64,000 nt of DNA from Faecalimonas sp. (GCA_045593805.1 JAZNXJ010000009.1:5759-69758), one strand, 5' to 3'. Shown: positions 22,575 to 32,531, counted from the stretch's first letter. The notes: generated by a model from the sequence alone, not told the origin. Numbers and translations: made by a program.

Positions 22575-22757
22575 TTACTTTGGAATAATAATTGCGGCAA
22601 CAATATATGCAAGGATTCCGGAACCACCTAAAGCCGAGAAAAGAACCCACCCTAATCGCACTAATGTAGGATCAATATTAAAATATTCTGCAATCCCTCC
22701 GCATACGCCAGCCAGCATATAGTTTGTTGATGAACGATACAATCTTTTATCTCCCAT
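22575..22757 (-). CDS. PspC-domain membrane protein
   Basis: 60 aa. RLYRSSTNYMLAGVCGGIAEYF motif typical of the PspC domain. Confidence 0.8.
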   Translation of the reverse strand: MGDKRLYRSSTNYMLAGVCGGIAEYFNIDPTLVRLGWVLFSALGGSGILAYIVAAIIIPK

Positions 22758-22788
22758 AATCTATAACCTCCTTTTTATAATTCGTAAT

Positions 22789-23607
22789 CTATTGTTCCTG
22801 AAATTTAATTATAATTTCGCCAACACCACACTCTATGTCTGCGAATCGTTCTGCACCCTGGTTGGAAATTTTTTGTTCTGTTTTAAGTCCGCTATAACTA
22901 CTTTCCCCGATTTTCAACTGCCCTATACCGCACTCCAGCTCATAACTGTAATCGGTTTGTTTCCCAACCAATTCTGCATACAATTTACCGGCACCAGTCT
23001 TAGTATCAAACTTCTTCGCATCTAAACCTGTCACATTCATCTCTCCGGCACCAAGTTCAATATCCACTTGGTTTGCTTTCAGGTTTGCTATATCCGCCTT
23101 TCCGGCCCCTACTTCCAAATCCACTTCTTGGAATACCATATCCTTTGGAACTACAATGGTAATTTCTCCGTCATGATCGGAATTATTTACTTTTATCTTT
23201 TGATTGCCTTCAATGTGTAAGGCACCTTCCTCAACATAGCAACGATATTTATCCACATCTTTTTGCTTGATTTGAAGCTTTTCTACATCACCGTACTTTA
23301 TCTCCAAAACGCCATAACCAATTTCTATATCAAGACTATGGAAATCCTCCTGAACTGCGGCGAAACCGTTGTCCTCCTTCTCCGGGGACTGTATGTTGTC
23401 TTGTGCTATATCTTCCTGTTCTTGATTGATATCTAAGTATAGTTGCCCGTCATCATCGCTGAAATCAAAACTGAATTTTCCTTTATCCAACATATTGCCA
23501 ATTGAATCCCATGTGAGTCCCATCGCAAATGAGCCTATCACGCTAACCAAACCAACACTAAATAAAACTACTGCAAGTATTAATGCTATCTTCGTAAACC
23601 TCTTCAT
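22789..23607 (-). CDS. DUF4097-like beta-helical protein with N-terminal TM anchor
   Basis: 272 aa. Repeated xGAGxxxx strands. Lies in the usual PadR-DUF1700-DUF4097 neighbourhood. Confidence 0.65.
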   Translation of the reverse strand: MKRFTKIALILAVVLFSVGLVSVIGSFAMGLTWDSIGNMLDKGKFSFDFSDDDGQLYLDINQEQEDIAQDNIQSPEKEDNGFAAVQEDFHSLDIEIGYGVLEIKYGDVEKLQIKQKDVDKYRCYVEEGALHIEGNQKIKVNNSDHDGEITIVVPKDMVFQEVDLEVGAGKADIANLKANQVDIELGAGEMNVTGLDAKKFDTKTGAGKLYAELVGKQTDYSYELECGIGQLKIGESSYSGLKTEQKISNQGAERFADIECGVGEIIIKFQEQ

Positions 23608-24272
23608 ACTCCCTTCCTCCTTTCACATCTTTGAAATAATCTCTGAATCAAATTAACAGTTCCTCGGAACAATGCCGGAATCCATTTAAATGCGCACCAA
23701 ACAAACAATACGGCAAACAGGATTCCAATTGCCAGCATTAAGCTTCCTAAACCTACTGTAATCAAGCCTTCTACCGGAGAAATAAATACTCGCACAATTC
23801 CAACTGCGAAACACACAAGCCCTGCAATCAGAAGAGCCAGACCACAAATAACAATGGCAATTGCAATACCAAGTAGTGCTCCAGCCACTCCCAGGACTGC
23901 TCCGAACAAGCCACCGAAAGTTCCAATCAGCAACGGAGATGCAAATACAAGCAACACGATAATCAGTGGCCACGGAAGACCTTTTTTCTGCTTCGGAGCA
24001 TTGTAACCGCATTCTTTTCTGGTTGGAAGATTTGCCCCTTCACCATTATGTTCTGTATACGTAGTATGTTCATCCCTGCTGGCATTCAAGTCAGCCTTGA
24101 TAATCGCTGCCACTTTGCCTGGACTTCCCAACTCACGAATCACCTGCGCCTCATTTTCCACACCGGCTTCATCAAAATAATCATTATAATATGCAATTGC
24201 ATCCAGTCGGTCATGTTCCGGTATATCCCCTAGCAAACGTTCCAACTGTTTCATAAATTCTACTCTATTCAT
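23604..24272 (-). CDS. DUF1700-like membrane protein
   Basis: Start at MNRVEFMKQLERLL, overlapping the PadR stop (ATGAATAG). C-terminal TM helices. Confidence 0.7.
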   Translation of the reverse strand: MNRVEFMKQLERLLGDIPEHDRLDAIAYYNDYFDEAGVENEAQVIRELGSPGKVAAIIKADLNASRDEHTTYTEHNGEGANLPTRKECGYNAPKQKKGLPWPLIIVLLVFASPLLIGTFGGLFGAVLGVAGALLGIAIAIVICGLALLIAGLVCFAVGIVRVFISPVEGLITVGLGSLMLAIGILFAVLFVWCAFKWIPALFRGTVNLIQRLFQRCERRKGV

Positions 24273-24591
24273 TTTCTTTTCCTCCTTCGAACAGTTTGCT
24301 GATTTTTGATGCATAAGATTTCCATTCAATCTGATACAAGCGTAACTGAACAGCCCCCTTTTCAGTCAGCTTATAATATCGACGATTACGCCCTGCATAT
24401 TCCATGTCATATACCTCTAAACACTCATCCTTTTGCAATCGCCTAAGCACTGGATACAAGGTGGATTCTGATACATCTAACACCTGTCTAACATCCTGTG
24501 TAATCTTATAACCGTATGTTCCTTGCTCATCTTGCGACACGACTGCAAGCACAATCGCATCTAACAGAGTGGCACCTGTATTAAATACCAT
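24265..24591 (-). CDS. PadR family transcriptional regulator
   Basis: 108 aa. Winged-helix GYKITQ...STLYPVLRRLQKDE motif. Confidence 0.9.
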   Translation of the reverse strand: MVFNTGATLLDAIVLAVVSQDEQGTYGYKITQDVRQVLDVSESTLYPVLRRLQKDECLEVYDMEYAGRNRRYYKLTEKGAVQLRLYQIEWKSYASKISKLFEGGKENE

Positions 24592-24738
24592 GTTTACACT
24601 CTCCTTAGCTCAATGTTTTATTTTTATAATATTATATGTTGTATAGTATTGTTGTACTTATAACATATGACATATAGTATGAAATGTCAATAGCATTTTT
24701 GAAAAATTCTACAAAAAAAGAGCTCGCAAAGCAAGCTC

Positions 24739-25143
24739 TTAATGTCCTCCGCAATGTGAACCGCATCCATGTGAACCACATCCACCTTCATGATGGTGGT
24801 GTTCTTCTCCGTGGTGGTTACATGTTACATTCGGGTTATATTGTAATGTTTCCTTTAACAAAGCATCTACTGCCATATCCGCATCACCGGATACCCCGCC
24901 AAATAATTGAATTCCTGCTTCTGCGAGTGCCATCTGTGCACCGCCACCGATACCGCCGCAGATTAAAACCTCCACACCTTGTGCCTGCAAGAATCCGGCC
25001 AATGCACCATGACCGCTTCCGTTTGTATCCACTACTTCAGAAGAAACCACTTCTCCCTCTACAACCTCATAGATTTTAAATTGTTCTGTGTGGCCAAAAT
25101 GTTGAAAAATTTGGCCATTTTCATATGTTACTCCGATTTTCAT
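24739..25143 (-). CDS. NifB/NifX-type (dinitrogenase FeMo-cofactor-binding fold) protein with His/Cys-rich tail
   Basis: 134 aa. FGHTEQF and GGIGGGA motifs. Tail reads HHGEEHHHHEGGCGSHGCGSHCGGH. Confidence 0.78.
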   Translation of the reverse strand: MKIGVTYENGQIFQHFGHTEQFKIYEVVEGEVVSSEVVDTNGSGHGALAGFLQAQGVEVLICGGIGGGAQMALAEAGIQLFGGVSGDADMAVDALLKETLQYNPNVTCNHHGEEHHHHEGGCGSHGCGSHCGGH

Positions 25144-25201
25144 AATTCTCGTCTCCCTTTCTTGCTGTTATTTTGTTCAGACTTCCAATGCAGTCTGGTA
25201 A

Positions 25202-25636
25202 TTATTGAACTTCTCCATCCAAGTTTGCTCCGCATTTCGGGCAGAAATTCACTCCTGATTCCAAACGCGCATCGCACTTTGGACAAACTTCCAATCCTTT
25301 TAATTTTGCAATCTCTTCCTTCGCTTTACAGATACTGTCTTCACGTTCAGAAATCGCTTCGCAAAGTTCGATAAATTCACCATCTATCACTTCGCCATTT
25401 TTATATCTCTCATAAATCATCTTACCAATATCTTTGTAATCGCGTTCATTGTTGCGTTCCATTGTACCGATTTGACTCTTGATTTTTGTTATCTCTACAG
25501 TTTCCTCTGCTTTCTTTGATATAACATCAACTGCTTCTCCTGCCTTTTGTGATACTACATCAACTGCTTTTCCTGCCTTCTTTGATATAATCTTTCCTAA
25601 ATCTTCTAAATTTGCAAAAAAGTCTGCCATTTTCAC
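25202..25636 (-). CDS. zinc-ribbon domain protein
   Basis: 144 aa. C-terminal CPKCx10CPKC and N-terminal KKAGxAVDV-type repeats. Confidence 0.6.
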   Translation of the reverse strand: MKMADFFANLEDLGKIISKKAGKAVDVVSQKAGEAVDVISKKAEETVEITKIKSQIGTMERNNERDYKDIGKMIYERYKNGEVIDGEFIELCEAISEREDSICKAKEEIAKLKGLEVCPKCDARLESGVNFCPKCGANLDGEVQ

Positions 25637-25652
25637 TTCTTCCTTTCATCTG

Positions 25653-27356
25653 TTATATTTGCCTGATTGTCTCAAATGTATTGAATACATTCAGTGTCCC
25701 ATAGCCCCACTCTCGATTCGGATACTCCTCGTTCGGTCTTTTTTCCGTTCCTATTACGAGAAGATTTCTGACCTGGGTAGAATCAATGGTTCTCTGCTGC
25801 AAGCCATACACCACCCACTCCATAATCAGTGCCGCCGCCCCTGCAGTAATCCCTGCCGCAGCGCTGGAAGCGGTTCGTGTTACGAATTGGTTTCTGGTTG
25901 TGGCACCGGTCACATTGACACCGGGAGCAACAAAATCAGGCTTTACTCTGTTACCTCTAGTATAGCCTCTCCCGGACTGAATGGCAATAGAATTGTCATT
26001 TCCATTATAAAATCCTACCGTCATGGCAGATAGCGTACTTCCGGGTTCCGTAATCGTGTAATCTGGATTGGATTGAAGGAAAAATACTTCATTTTCCAGA
26101 AACTCTGTCATTGGAAGCCACATATGAAAGGTTCCATCCTCCAACTGAATCGGTTCCACCGAAACCTTCCAGATTCCCGGCGTCGGATTAAGAAACCGAA
26201 AGAAAACTAGTTCCGAATTTAGCCGTTCTACAAACACTTTATAATCAACAGTTACTGTTGTTCTCTCCAGCACAAATGTATAGCTTGCGGTCTGCTCACT
26301 TCGTATCGGAAATCGATAGGTCTGTTCCCCACTTGGGGATATAATGGAAACAGCAAATAAATCTAAGGCATCAGACCAAAGCTCCATACAGAAGCCGGAT
26401 ACATTTTCACCTACTCGAATCTCCACCTGCTGGGTATCATTCACATTATCCGCAGTTCCAAGAAAATGATGTCTTTGATTGGCTTCATTTCCTGCTGCAA
26501 TCACAATTGCTCGGTTGGCAATATTTCCATAAATATCAAGTACACTTGCAAGTGGCGAGTTAGCTGTCCGTCCCCCAAAATTGGTTCCCAATGCAATACA
26601 GATAACAAGGGGAAGTCCAAGTCTGTCCGCCAACTGATTTAAGTAAGTAACCCCAAGCATGATATCATTTTCCTGATAGCAAGGTGCATCGGTGCGAATG
26701 AGATAGAAATCCTTCAGATATTGCTTGGCAGGTTTTAATTTCACTACTGCTATTTGCGACTCAGGTGCCGCTCCCAAGAACTGATTTTCCTCGCTGGCAC
26801 TCCCGGCCGCTACACTGGCTACAAAGGTTCCATGCCCATTTTCATCTCTACTTGGTACAAGTTCCAATGGATTTTCACCCCGAAGTGCTGCATCAATCTG
26901 CTCCTGGGTATATTCACTTCCATACGACAGTCCCTCTGGCGGCTGTCCTTCCTGTATGGTCTGGTCCCAAATCCCAACAATCCGGCTACTGCCATCCAGA
27001 TTGCGGAAGATGGGGTTCTGATAATCAATTCCGGTATCAATAAATCCGATTAACACACCGCTTCCTTGCAGGTTCAAGGTAGGGTAATTCTGCACCTGAA
27101 TGATACCCGACTGCTCTAAGGCCTGTGTATCTAAAAGTGTATAGCATTTAGGCACGGAATTATAGGGGTATCTTCCAAACTCTATAGGGTCAGCTAACTG
27201 ATTTTCTACATAGATAGATTTGTAGAATTCCCCTGCCCTCTGCTCACAGACTACGCCAGGGAATCTTACTTCAAACAAGTCCTCCTGCAAAGCGCTTACA
27301 ATAAAATCTCTATAATTCTCTGATAAAATTTGCTCACGACATGAATCTAAAGGCAT
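25653..27356 (-). CDS. S8 subtilisin-like peptidase, Csp (germination protease)-like
   Basis: 567 aa. IDTGID, HGTFVA and a Ser-region motif. No signal peptide. Paralogue of 48505-50226. Confidence 0.82.
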   Translation of the reverse strand: MPLDSCREQILSENYRDFIVSALQEDLFEVRFPGVVCEQRAGEFYKSIYVENQLADPIEFGRYPYNSVPKCYTLLDTQALEQSGIIQVQNYPTLNLQGSGVLIGFIDTGIDYQNPIFRNLDGSSRIVGIWDQTIQEGQPPEGLSYGSEYTQEQIDAALRGENPLELVPSRDENGHGTFVASVAAGSASEENQFLGAAPESQIAVVKLKPAKQYLKDFYLIRTDAPCYQENDIMLGVTYLNQLADRLGLPLVICIALGTNFGGRTANSPLASVLDIYGNIANRAIVIAAGNEANQRHHFLGTADNVNDTQQVEIRVGENVSGFCMELWSDALDLFAVSIISPSGEQTYRFPIRSEQTASYTFVLERTTVTVDYKVFVERLNSELVFFRFLNPTPGIWKVSVEPIQLEDGTFHMWLPMTEFLENEVFFLQSNPDYTITEPGSTLSAMTVGFYNGNDNSIAIQSGRGYTRGNRVKPDFVAPGVNVTGATTRNQFVTRTASSAAAGITAGAAALIMEWVVYGLQQRTIDSTQVRNLLVIGTEKRPNEEYPNREWGYGTLNVFNTFETIRQI

Positions 27357-27416
27357 AGTTATTCTTAACCTTTTTGTTTATTATATGAAAAAGAGTCTGT
27401 TTTGACAGACTCTCTC

Positions 27417-28844
27417 TCACGAAACTATATGGTTCATCCGCGCCTGACCACGCATAGTAATCATCGGCGAACCGTTTCCTTCCACATATTCTTTTGTGAT
27501 TGTCACAACTCCAATGTTATCGTCTTTCGGAATCTCGTACATGATATCCAGCATGAATTCTTCAATAATAGAACGAAGTGCTCTTGCCCCTGTATCCTTC
27601 TTCATTGCCTTTGCCGCAATTGCATGAAGTGCCTCGTCTGTGAAATCAAGCTTCACTTCATCCAGCGCTAACAGCTTCTGATACTGTTTTAAAATCGCAT
27701 TCTTTGGTTCTCGCAAGATTTTCACGAGCATGTCTTCATCCAGACCTTGCAGTGTGAAAATAATCGGAAGACGTCCGATAAATTCCGGTATCATACCAAA
27801 ATTGCGAAGGTCTTCTACTGTCACTTTCGAGAGCAGATTTTTCTCTTTATCATATTTATCTTTTAAATCTGCGATAAATCCCATGGACGATTGCTTATTC
27901 AAACGCTCTTTAATGATGTTTTCCAAATCCGGGAATGCACCGCCACAGATAAACAAAATATTCTTCGTATTTATCGTAGTAAGCGGAACCATGGCATTCT
28001 TGCTATTGGCTCCAACCGGCACTTCCACTTCGCTTCCTTCTAAAAGCTTCAACATTCCTTGCTGAACAGACTCGCCACTAACGTCTCGCTGACTGGTATT
28101 TTTCTTCTTGGCAATCTTATCAATCTCATCAATAAAGATAATGCCCTGCTCTGCCTTTTCCACATCATTATCGGCTGCTGCAAGCAGTTTTGAAACAACA
28201 CTTTCAATATCGTCACCTATGTAACCCGCTTCTGTGAGAGATGTTGCATCCGTAATTGCCAGAGGTACATCCAAAAGCTTCGCCAATGTTTTCACCAAAT
28301 ATGTTTTACCAGAGCCTGTTGGTCCAATCATCAGCATGTTGGACTTTTCAATCTCGATATCATCCATAGTGTCGGTAGCTACACGCTTATAGTGATTGTA
28401 AACAGCTACTGCCATTGCCTTCTTCGCATGCTCCTGCCCAACCACATATTCATCCAACTGAGCCTTGATTTTGTGCGGTGCCGGAATATCCTTGATATCA
28501 ATAATCGGCTTCTTTGGCTCACCCTCTTTTTTCTTCTTCACTTTCTGTTTCTTTGGAAGAATCCCTTCCAAATCTGACATATTCATGAAATGTATGCCCG
28601 GCGTATTAGTAAGTTGACTTAAATCGAACGGCATATTGTTCATTGCATCAAAGCTCTTTTGCATACAATCCTGACATACACAAATGTTGTTTGGAAGGTC
28701 TATCATCTTCCCAGCAACACCCTCCGGACGGTGACACATGAAACAATATTTTTCATAGCCCTCGTCGTCTGCAATTTCTGGTTTATCTTCTATAATATCT
28801 GTTTTTCTCTTATCTTCCTCTGTGAAATCTATCCTGTCTGACAT
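27417..28844 (-). CDS. clpX: ATP-dependent protease ATPase subunit ClpX
   Basis: 475 aa. CxxC...CxxC zinc domain, GPTGSGKT Walker A and IGF-like loop region. Confidence 0.92.
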   Translation of the reverse strand: MSDRIDFTEEDKRKTDIIEDKPEIADDEGYEKYCFMCHRPEGVAGKMIDLPNNICVCQDCMQKSFDAMNNMPFDLSQLTNTPGIHFMNMSDLEGILPKKQKVKKKKEGEPKKPIIDIKDIPAPHKIKAQLDEYVVGQEHAKKAMAVAVYNHYKRVATDTMDDIEIEKSNMLMIGPTGSGKTYLVKTLAKLLDVPLAITDATSLTEAGYIGDDIESVVSKLLAAADNDVEKAEQGIIFIDEIDKIAKKKNTSQRDVSGESVQQGMLKLLEGSEVEVPVGANSKNAMVPLTTINTKNILFICGGAFPDLENIIKERLNKQSSMGFIADLKDKYDKEKNLLSKVTVEDLRNFGMIPEFIGRLPIIFTLQGLDEDMLVKILREPKNAILKQYQKLLALDEVKLDFTDEALHAIAAKAMKKDTGARALRSIIEEFMLDIMYEIPKDDNIGVVTITKEYVEGNGSPMITMRGQARMNHIVS

Positions 28845-29072
28845 ATATTTTCCCCTTTTTGTATTTCGTACAGAATATATTATAGCGCAGAGCGATTATT
28901 TATGGAAGCGAAATTTCCTACAAAACAAGAAACTGAGTATAAACAGAATCTTTTGAGAACGTTATACCCAGTAACAAGCTGAAAAAACAGTAAAAATAGG
29001 CCTCTAGTAGTTGCACTTTCTATAAAACGGTCTGAATCTGTACTGGAATCCACACACTATCATTTACTGTAA

Positions 29073-29228
29073 TTAGCATAATGCGGTGATTTTCTCTTGC
29101 CCTGTAATGTCTGTATCTTCATAATTGTCTTCCTGAAACACATCCAACAAAAGATTCTTTGTATAGATACGTTCACATTCAGGTGTCAGACCTGTATCAA
29201 TACCATATTGTACTAATTTTTTATATTT
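29073..29228 (-). pseudogene. galT: remnant of the galT N-terminus (Gram-positive type galactose-1-phosphate uridylyltransferase)
   Basis: Frame reads KYKKLVQYGIDTGLTPECERIYTKNLLLDVFQEDNYE then stops after about 50 codons. The candidate ATG at 29239 with GGGAGG RBS is out of frame across an A6/T5 run. Confidence 0.5.
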
Positions 29229-29253
29229 TTAAAAAACATATCCTGCCTCCCGA

Positions 29254-30417
29254 TTATAAAACGTGTGCTCCGTCTCCGATATCCACTACATAGAATTCTG
29301 CTTCATGTCCAACCTTTTCAGCGTATGCTTTGCCGATAGTAGATACAAAGTTATCTACTGCACCATTTTTCACAATACTTACCGTACATCCGCCGAATCC
29401 GCCTCCTGTAATACGAGAACCGATCACACCCGGTGTTGCCCAAGCAAGGTCAACTAAGATGTCGATTTCTTCACATGATACTTCATAATCATCACGGAGA
29501 GAAACGTGGGAAGCGTTCATTAATTTACCAAATGTTTCCACATCGTTTTCCTTCAATGCTGCTACTGCTTTGATTGTTCTTTGGTTTTCATACACCGCGT
29601 GTCCTGCACGTTTTCTTCTAATTTCACATTTGATTACATCTTTGTTTGCTTCAAACGCATCTTCCGTCAATTCTCCAAGCGCTTGAATATCCACAACAGC
29701 TTGCAATTCTTTCAATGCAGTTTCACACTCATTCCTTCTGTCGTTGTAAGCAGAATCAACCAAACTGTGTTTTACTTTACTATTGATGATAACGATTTTC
29801 GCATCTTCCAAAACAACCGGAACATATTCATATTCCAATGTATTAGCATCCAAGAAAATGGCATTATCCTTCTTACCCATTGCGCTTGCAAACTGGTCCA
29901 TGATACCACAGTTACAACCATTGTAATTGTTTTCTGAATATTGTCCCATTAATGCAATGTCCACCATAGAAACATCAAATCCATATAAATCTTTTAATGC
30001 AAGCCCTGTAACTACTTCTAAGGATGCAGATGAAGAAAGTCCGGAACCATTTGGAATATTTCCGTAAATCACAACATCAAGACCTACCGGAAGGGTCATA
30101 CCTCTCTTTTCAAATGCCCAGATAACTCCCTTTGGATAATTGGTCCAGCCGGCTTCTTTCGTTGGAACTGAATCATTCAAATCTGACTCTACAATACCTC
30201 TGCCTTCAAAATTCATCGAATAGAAATTCAACTTATTGTCTTCTCTTTTTCTTGCAACTGCGTATGTACCAAGTGTCAATGCACATGGAAATACATGACC
30301 GCCATTGTAATCCGTATGCTCACCGATTAAATTCACTCGACCTGGTGCAAAATATGTACGGATATCCCCGTAAGCGCCAAATTTTTCTTCAAATACTTTT
30401 CTGATTTTTTCTAACAT
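29254..30417 (-). CDS. galK: galactokinase
   Basis: GRVNLIGEHTDYNGG and PNGSGLSSSAS motifs. Start taken at MLEKIRK. Confidence 0.95.
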   Translation of the reverse strand: MLEKIRKVFEEKFGAYGDIRTYFAPGRVNLIGEHTDYNGGHVFPCALTLGTYAVARKREDNKLNFYSMNFEGRGIVESDLNDSVPTKEAGWTNYPKGVIWAFEKRGMTLPVGLDVVIYGNIPNGSGLSSSASLEVVTGLALKDLYGFDVSMVDIALMGQYSENNYNGCNCGIMDQFASAMGKKDNAIFLDANTLEYEYVPVVLEDAKIVIINSKVKHSLVDSAYNDRRNECETALKELQAVVDIQALGELTEDAFEANKDVIKCEIRRKRAGHAVYENQRTIKAVAALKENDVETFGKLMNASHVSLRDDYEVSCEEIDILVDLAWATPGVIGSRITGGGFGGCTVSIVKNGAVDNFVSTIGKAYAEKVGHEAEFYVVDIGDGAHVL

Positions 30418-30535
30418 AATAGTTCCGTCCCTCTCTTGCAAACATTTTTAATTTGCCTTATGTTTATCATTATAATGAGATTTTTAATCTGTCACAATAA
30501 CAATATTGGATATTTTTATAAGGATATTGAGATTT

Positions 30536-30869
30536 ATGCAAATAATTACACAAGAAAATCAAAAAGAATTAAAAGAACATGGAAATTATGCTTTCCCGGT
30601 TCACATAAGTTTGGAGAAAATCCACTCCTACGAAAAGGGCGTTTTTCTCTGGCATTGAAGTGAATGTTGCCGCTTTTTTCAAAAAGCAAATGGGCATGAC
30701 CATTTTTGATTACATGTTGTATCTGCAAATCCAAAACAGCCTACCGCTGTTAAAAAAGGAGGACATCATTACAGAGGTTGCTGCTATGGTGGGGTTCTCC
30801 AGCCCTTCCTACTACAGTCAGATTTTCAAAAGATATATGAAATGTACGCCTATGGAATACAAGAAATAG
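30536..30869 (+). pseudogene. AraC-family regulator with internal deletion/frameshift
   Basis: 41 codons of sugar-binding N-terminus (..HGNYAFPVH..FLWH) run into TGA at 30659. In another frame only the C-terminal HTH follows (VGFSSPSYYSQIFKRYMKCTPMEYKK). Confidence 0.7.
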
Positions 30870-30930
30870 TTGTTGATTGGAGTATTAACTGTTATAATAA
30901 ACGAATAGGATAAAGGGGAGGAATTCTCAA

Positions 30931-31854
30931 ATGTACAATTTCATTGTAAACCCAAACGCTCGGTCCGGTCTTGGGCAAGCCGTTTGGAATGACTTGGAAG
31001 CAATTTTAATAAAGGAAAATATACAATATCAGGTTTTTTTCACAAAATATCAAAAGCATGCAACAGCAATTGTTCGCGATATTACCTCTAACGGTGAAGA
31101 AAACATCGTTGTTGCACTTGGTGGAGACGGAACTGTAAACGAAGTAGTAAATGGAATTGTAGATTTCAGCAAAACAATTTTAGGCTACATACCAATCGGC
31201 TCTAGCAATGACTTTGCAAGAGGACTTGAACTTCCCACCAATCCTGTGGATGCATTAAACACCATTTTGACCTGTCCGCATTTGCATCCAATGAATGTTG
31301 GTGAAATGCGTTATCGCAACAAATTACGTCGCTTTGCAGTAAGCGCCGGTGTTGGATTTGATGCAGATATTTGTCACGAAGTGGTTGTATCTCACGTGAA
31401 AAAATTTTTAAATAAATTAGGCCTGGGAAAGCTTACCTATGTATGCGTAGCGCTCCATCGTTTAATCGTAACTTCCCCATGCAAATATGAAATTACATTA
31501 GACGAAAATAAAAAGATTACATATGAAAAGGCATATTTTGCTGCCATCATGAATAATCGTTTTGAAGGTGGCGGCGTAAAGTTTGCACCAGATGCAAAAA
31601 ATGATGATGACAAACTGGATGTATGTGTAGTTGCCAATATCGGAAAATTAAAAGCACTGATGCTATTCCCAATGGCTTTTGCCGGAATTCATACCAAATT
31701 CAAAGGGGTACATATGCACAGAGCGGCAGATTGTCGTATTCAGACATCACGCGCCCTTCCATTGCACACAGACGGGGAACCAATCTTTCTTCAAAATGAT
31801 ATCTTTTTTCGCTGTGCGCCTAAGAAATTACGCGTGATTACAACAAAACCATAG
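30931..31854 (+). CDS. diacylglycerol kinase family lipid kinase
   Basis: 307 aa. NPNARSG and GGDGTVNEV motifs. Confidence 0.88.
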   Translation: MYNFIVNPNARSGLGQAVWNDLEAILIKENIQYQVFFTKYQKHATAIVRDITSNGEENIVVALGGDGTVNEVVNGIVDFSKTILGYIPIGSSNDFARGLELPTNPVDALNTILTCPHLHPMNVGEMRYRNKLRRFAVSAGVGFDADICHEVVVSHVKKFLNKLGLGKLTYVCVALHRLIVTSPCKYEITLDENKKITYEKAYFAAIMNNRFEGGGVKFAPDAKNDDDKLDVCVVANIGKLKALMLFPMAFAGIHTKFKGVHMHRAADCRIQTSRALPLHTDGEPIFLQNDIFFRCAPKKLRVITTKP

Positions 31855-31874
31855 AAACTTGCGAGGTAGATGCT

Positions 31875-32531
31875 TTGAAAACTTTTTTGCAAAAATATAA
31901 ACATGCCTGGGTGTCAATATACGCCTTAATATATTTGCCTTGGTTCTATTATTTAGAGCAGACAATAACACAACACTATAGTTTAATCCAAACATCCTTT
32001 GATAAAAAAATTCCTTTTATTGAATTTTTTATCATTCCATATTTGTTTTGGTTTTTATTCATGGCTGTAACTGTTTGTTATTTCTTCTTTAAAGATAGAA
32101 ATGAATTTTACAGACTTATATCGTTTTTAGTGATTGGGATGACCTTATTCCTCATCATATCAACCCTATGGCCGAATGGTCAGGCTTTGAGACCAAAATA
32201 TTTTGAACGTGACAATATTTTTGTGGACATGGTAAAACGTCTATACGCCACAGATACTCCAACCAATGTATTTCCAAGCATTCACGTATACAATACACTT
32301 GGTTGCTATATCGCTGTGAAAAAGAGCGAACATTTAAAAAACGTTCGCTGGGTTCAAAGCGCCACATTTATTACAACTGTTTTGATTATCTTATCAACCA
32401 TGTTTTTGAAACAGCATTCAATCATTGATGGAATAGCTGCCGGTATATTTGCAATTATTTCTTATGTGATTGTTTATGGTGATGAATTGAAACGTGAACA
32501 CGCTTATAATCAATTGCCGTTAAAATTCTAG
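31875..32531 (+). CDS. PAP2-superfamily membrane phosphatase/phosphotransferase-like protein
   Basis: 218 aa, multi-TM. PSIH and HSIIDG motifs resemble PAP2 C2/C3. TTG start after GAGGTA. Confidence 0.6.
   Translation: MKTFLQKYKHAWVSIYALIYLPWFYYLEQTITQHYSLIQTSFDKKIPFIEFFIIPYLFWFLFMAVTVCYFFFKDRNEFYRLISFLVIGMTLFLIISTLWPNGQALRPKYFERDNIFVDMVKRLYATDTPTNVFPSIHVYNTLGCYIAVKKSEHLKNVRWVQSATFITTVLIILSTMFLKQHSIIDGIAAGIFAIISYVIVYGDELKREHAYNQLPLKF

Noticed and set aside
23686-24012. 108-aa Cys/Trp-rich ORF on the minus strand.
   Set aside because: It is an alternative frame inside the DUF1700-like membrane protein gene, with no independent start signals.
25479-26033. 184-aa plus-strand ORF. Similar antisense ORFs occur at 2280-2789, 9286-9735, 16269-16700 and 53666-54127.
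   Set aside because: All lie opposite strongly supported genes, have no RBS or recognisable motifs, and show biased composition. I treated them as frame shadows.
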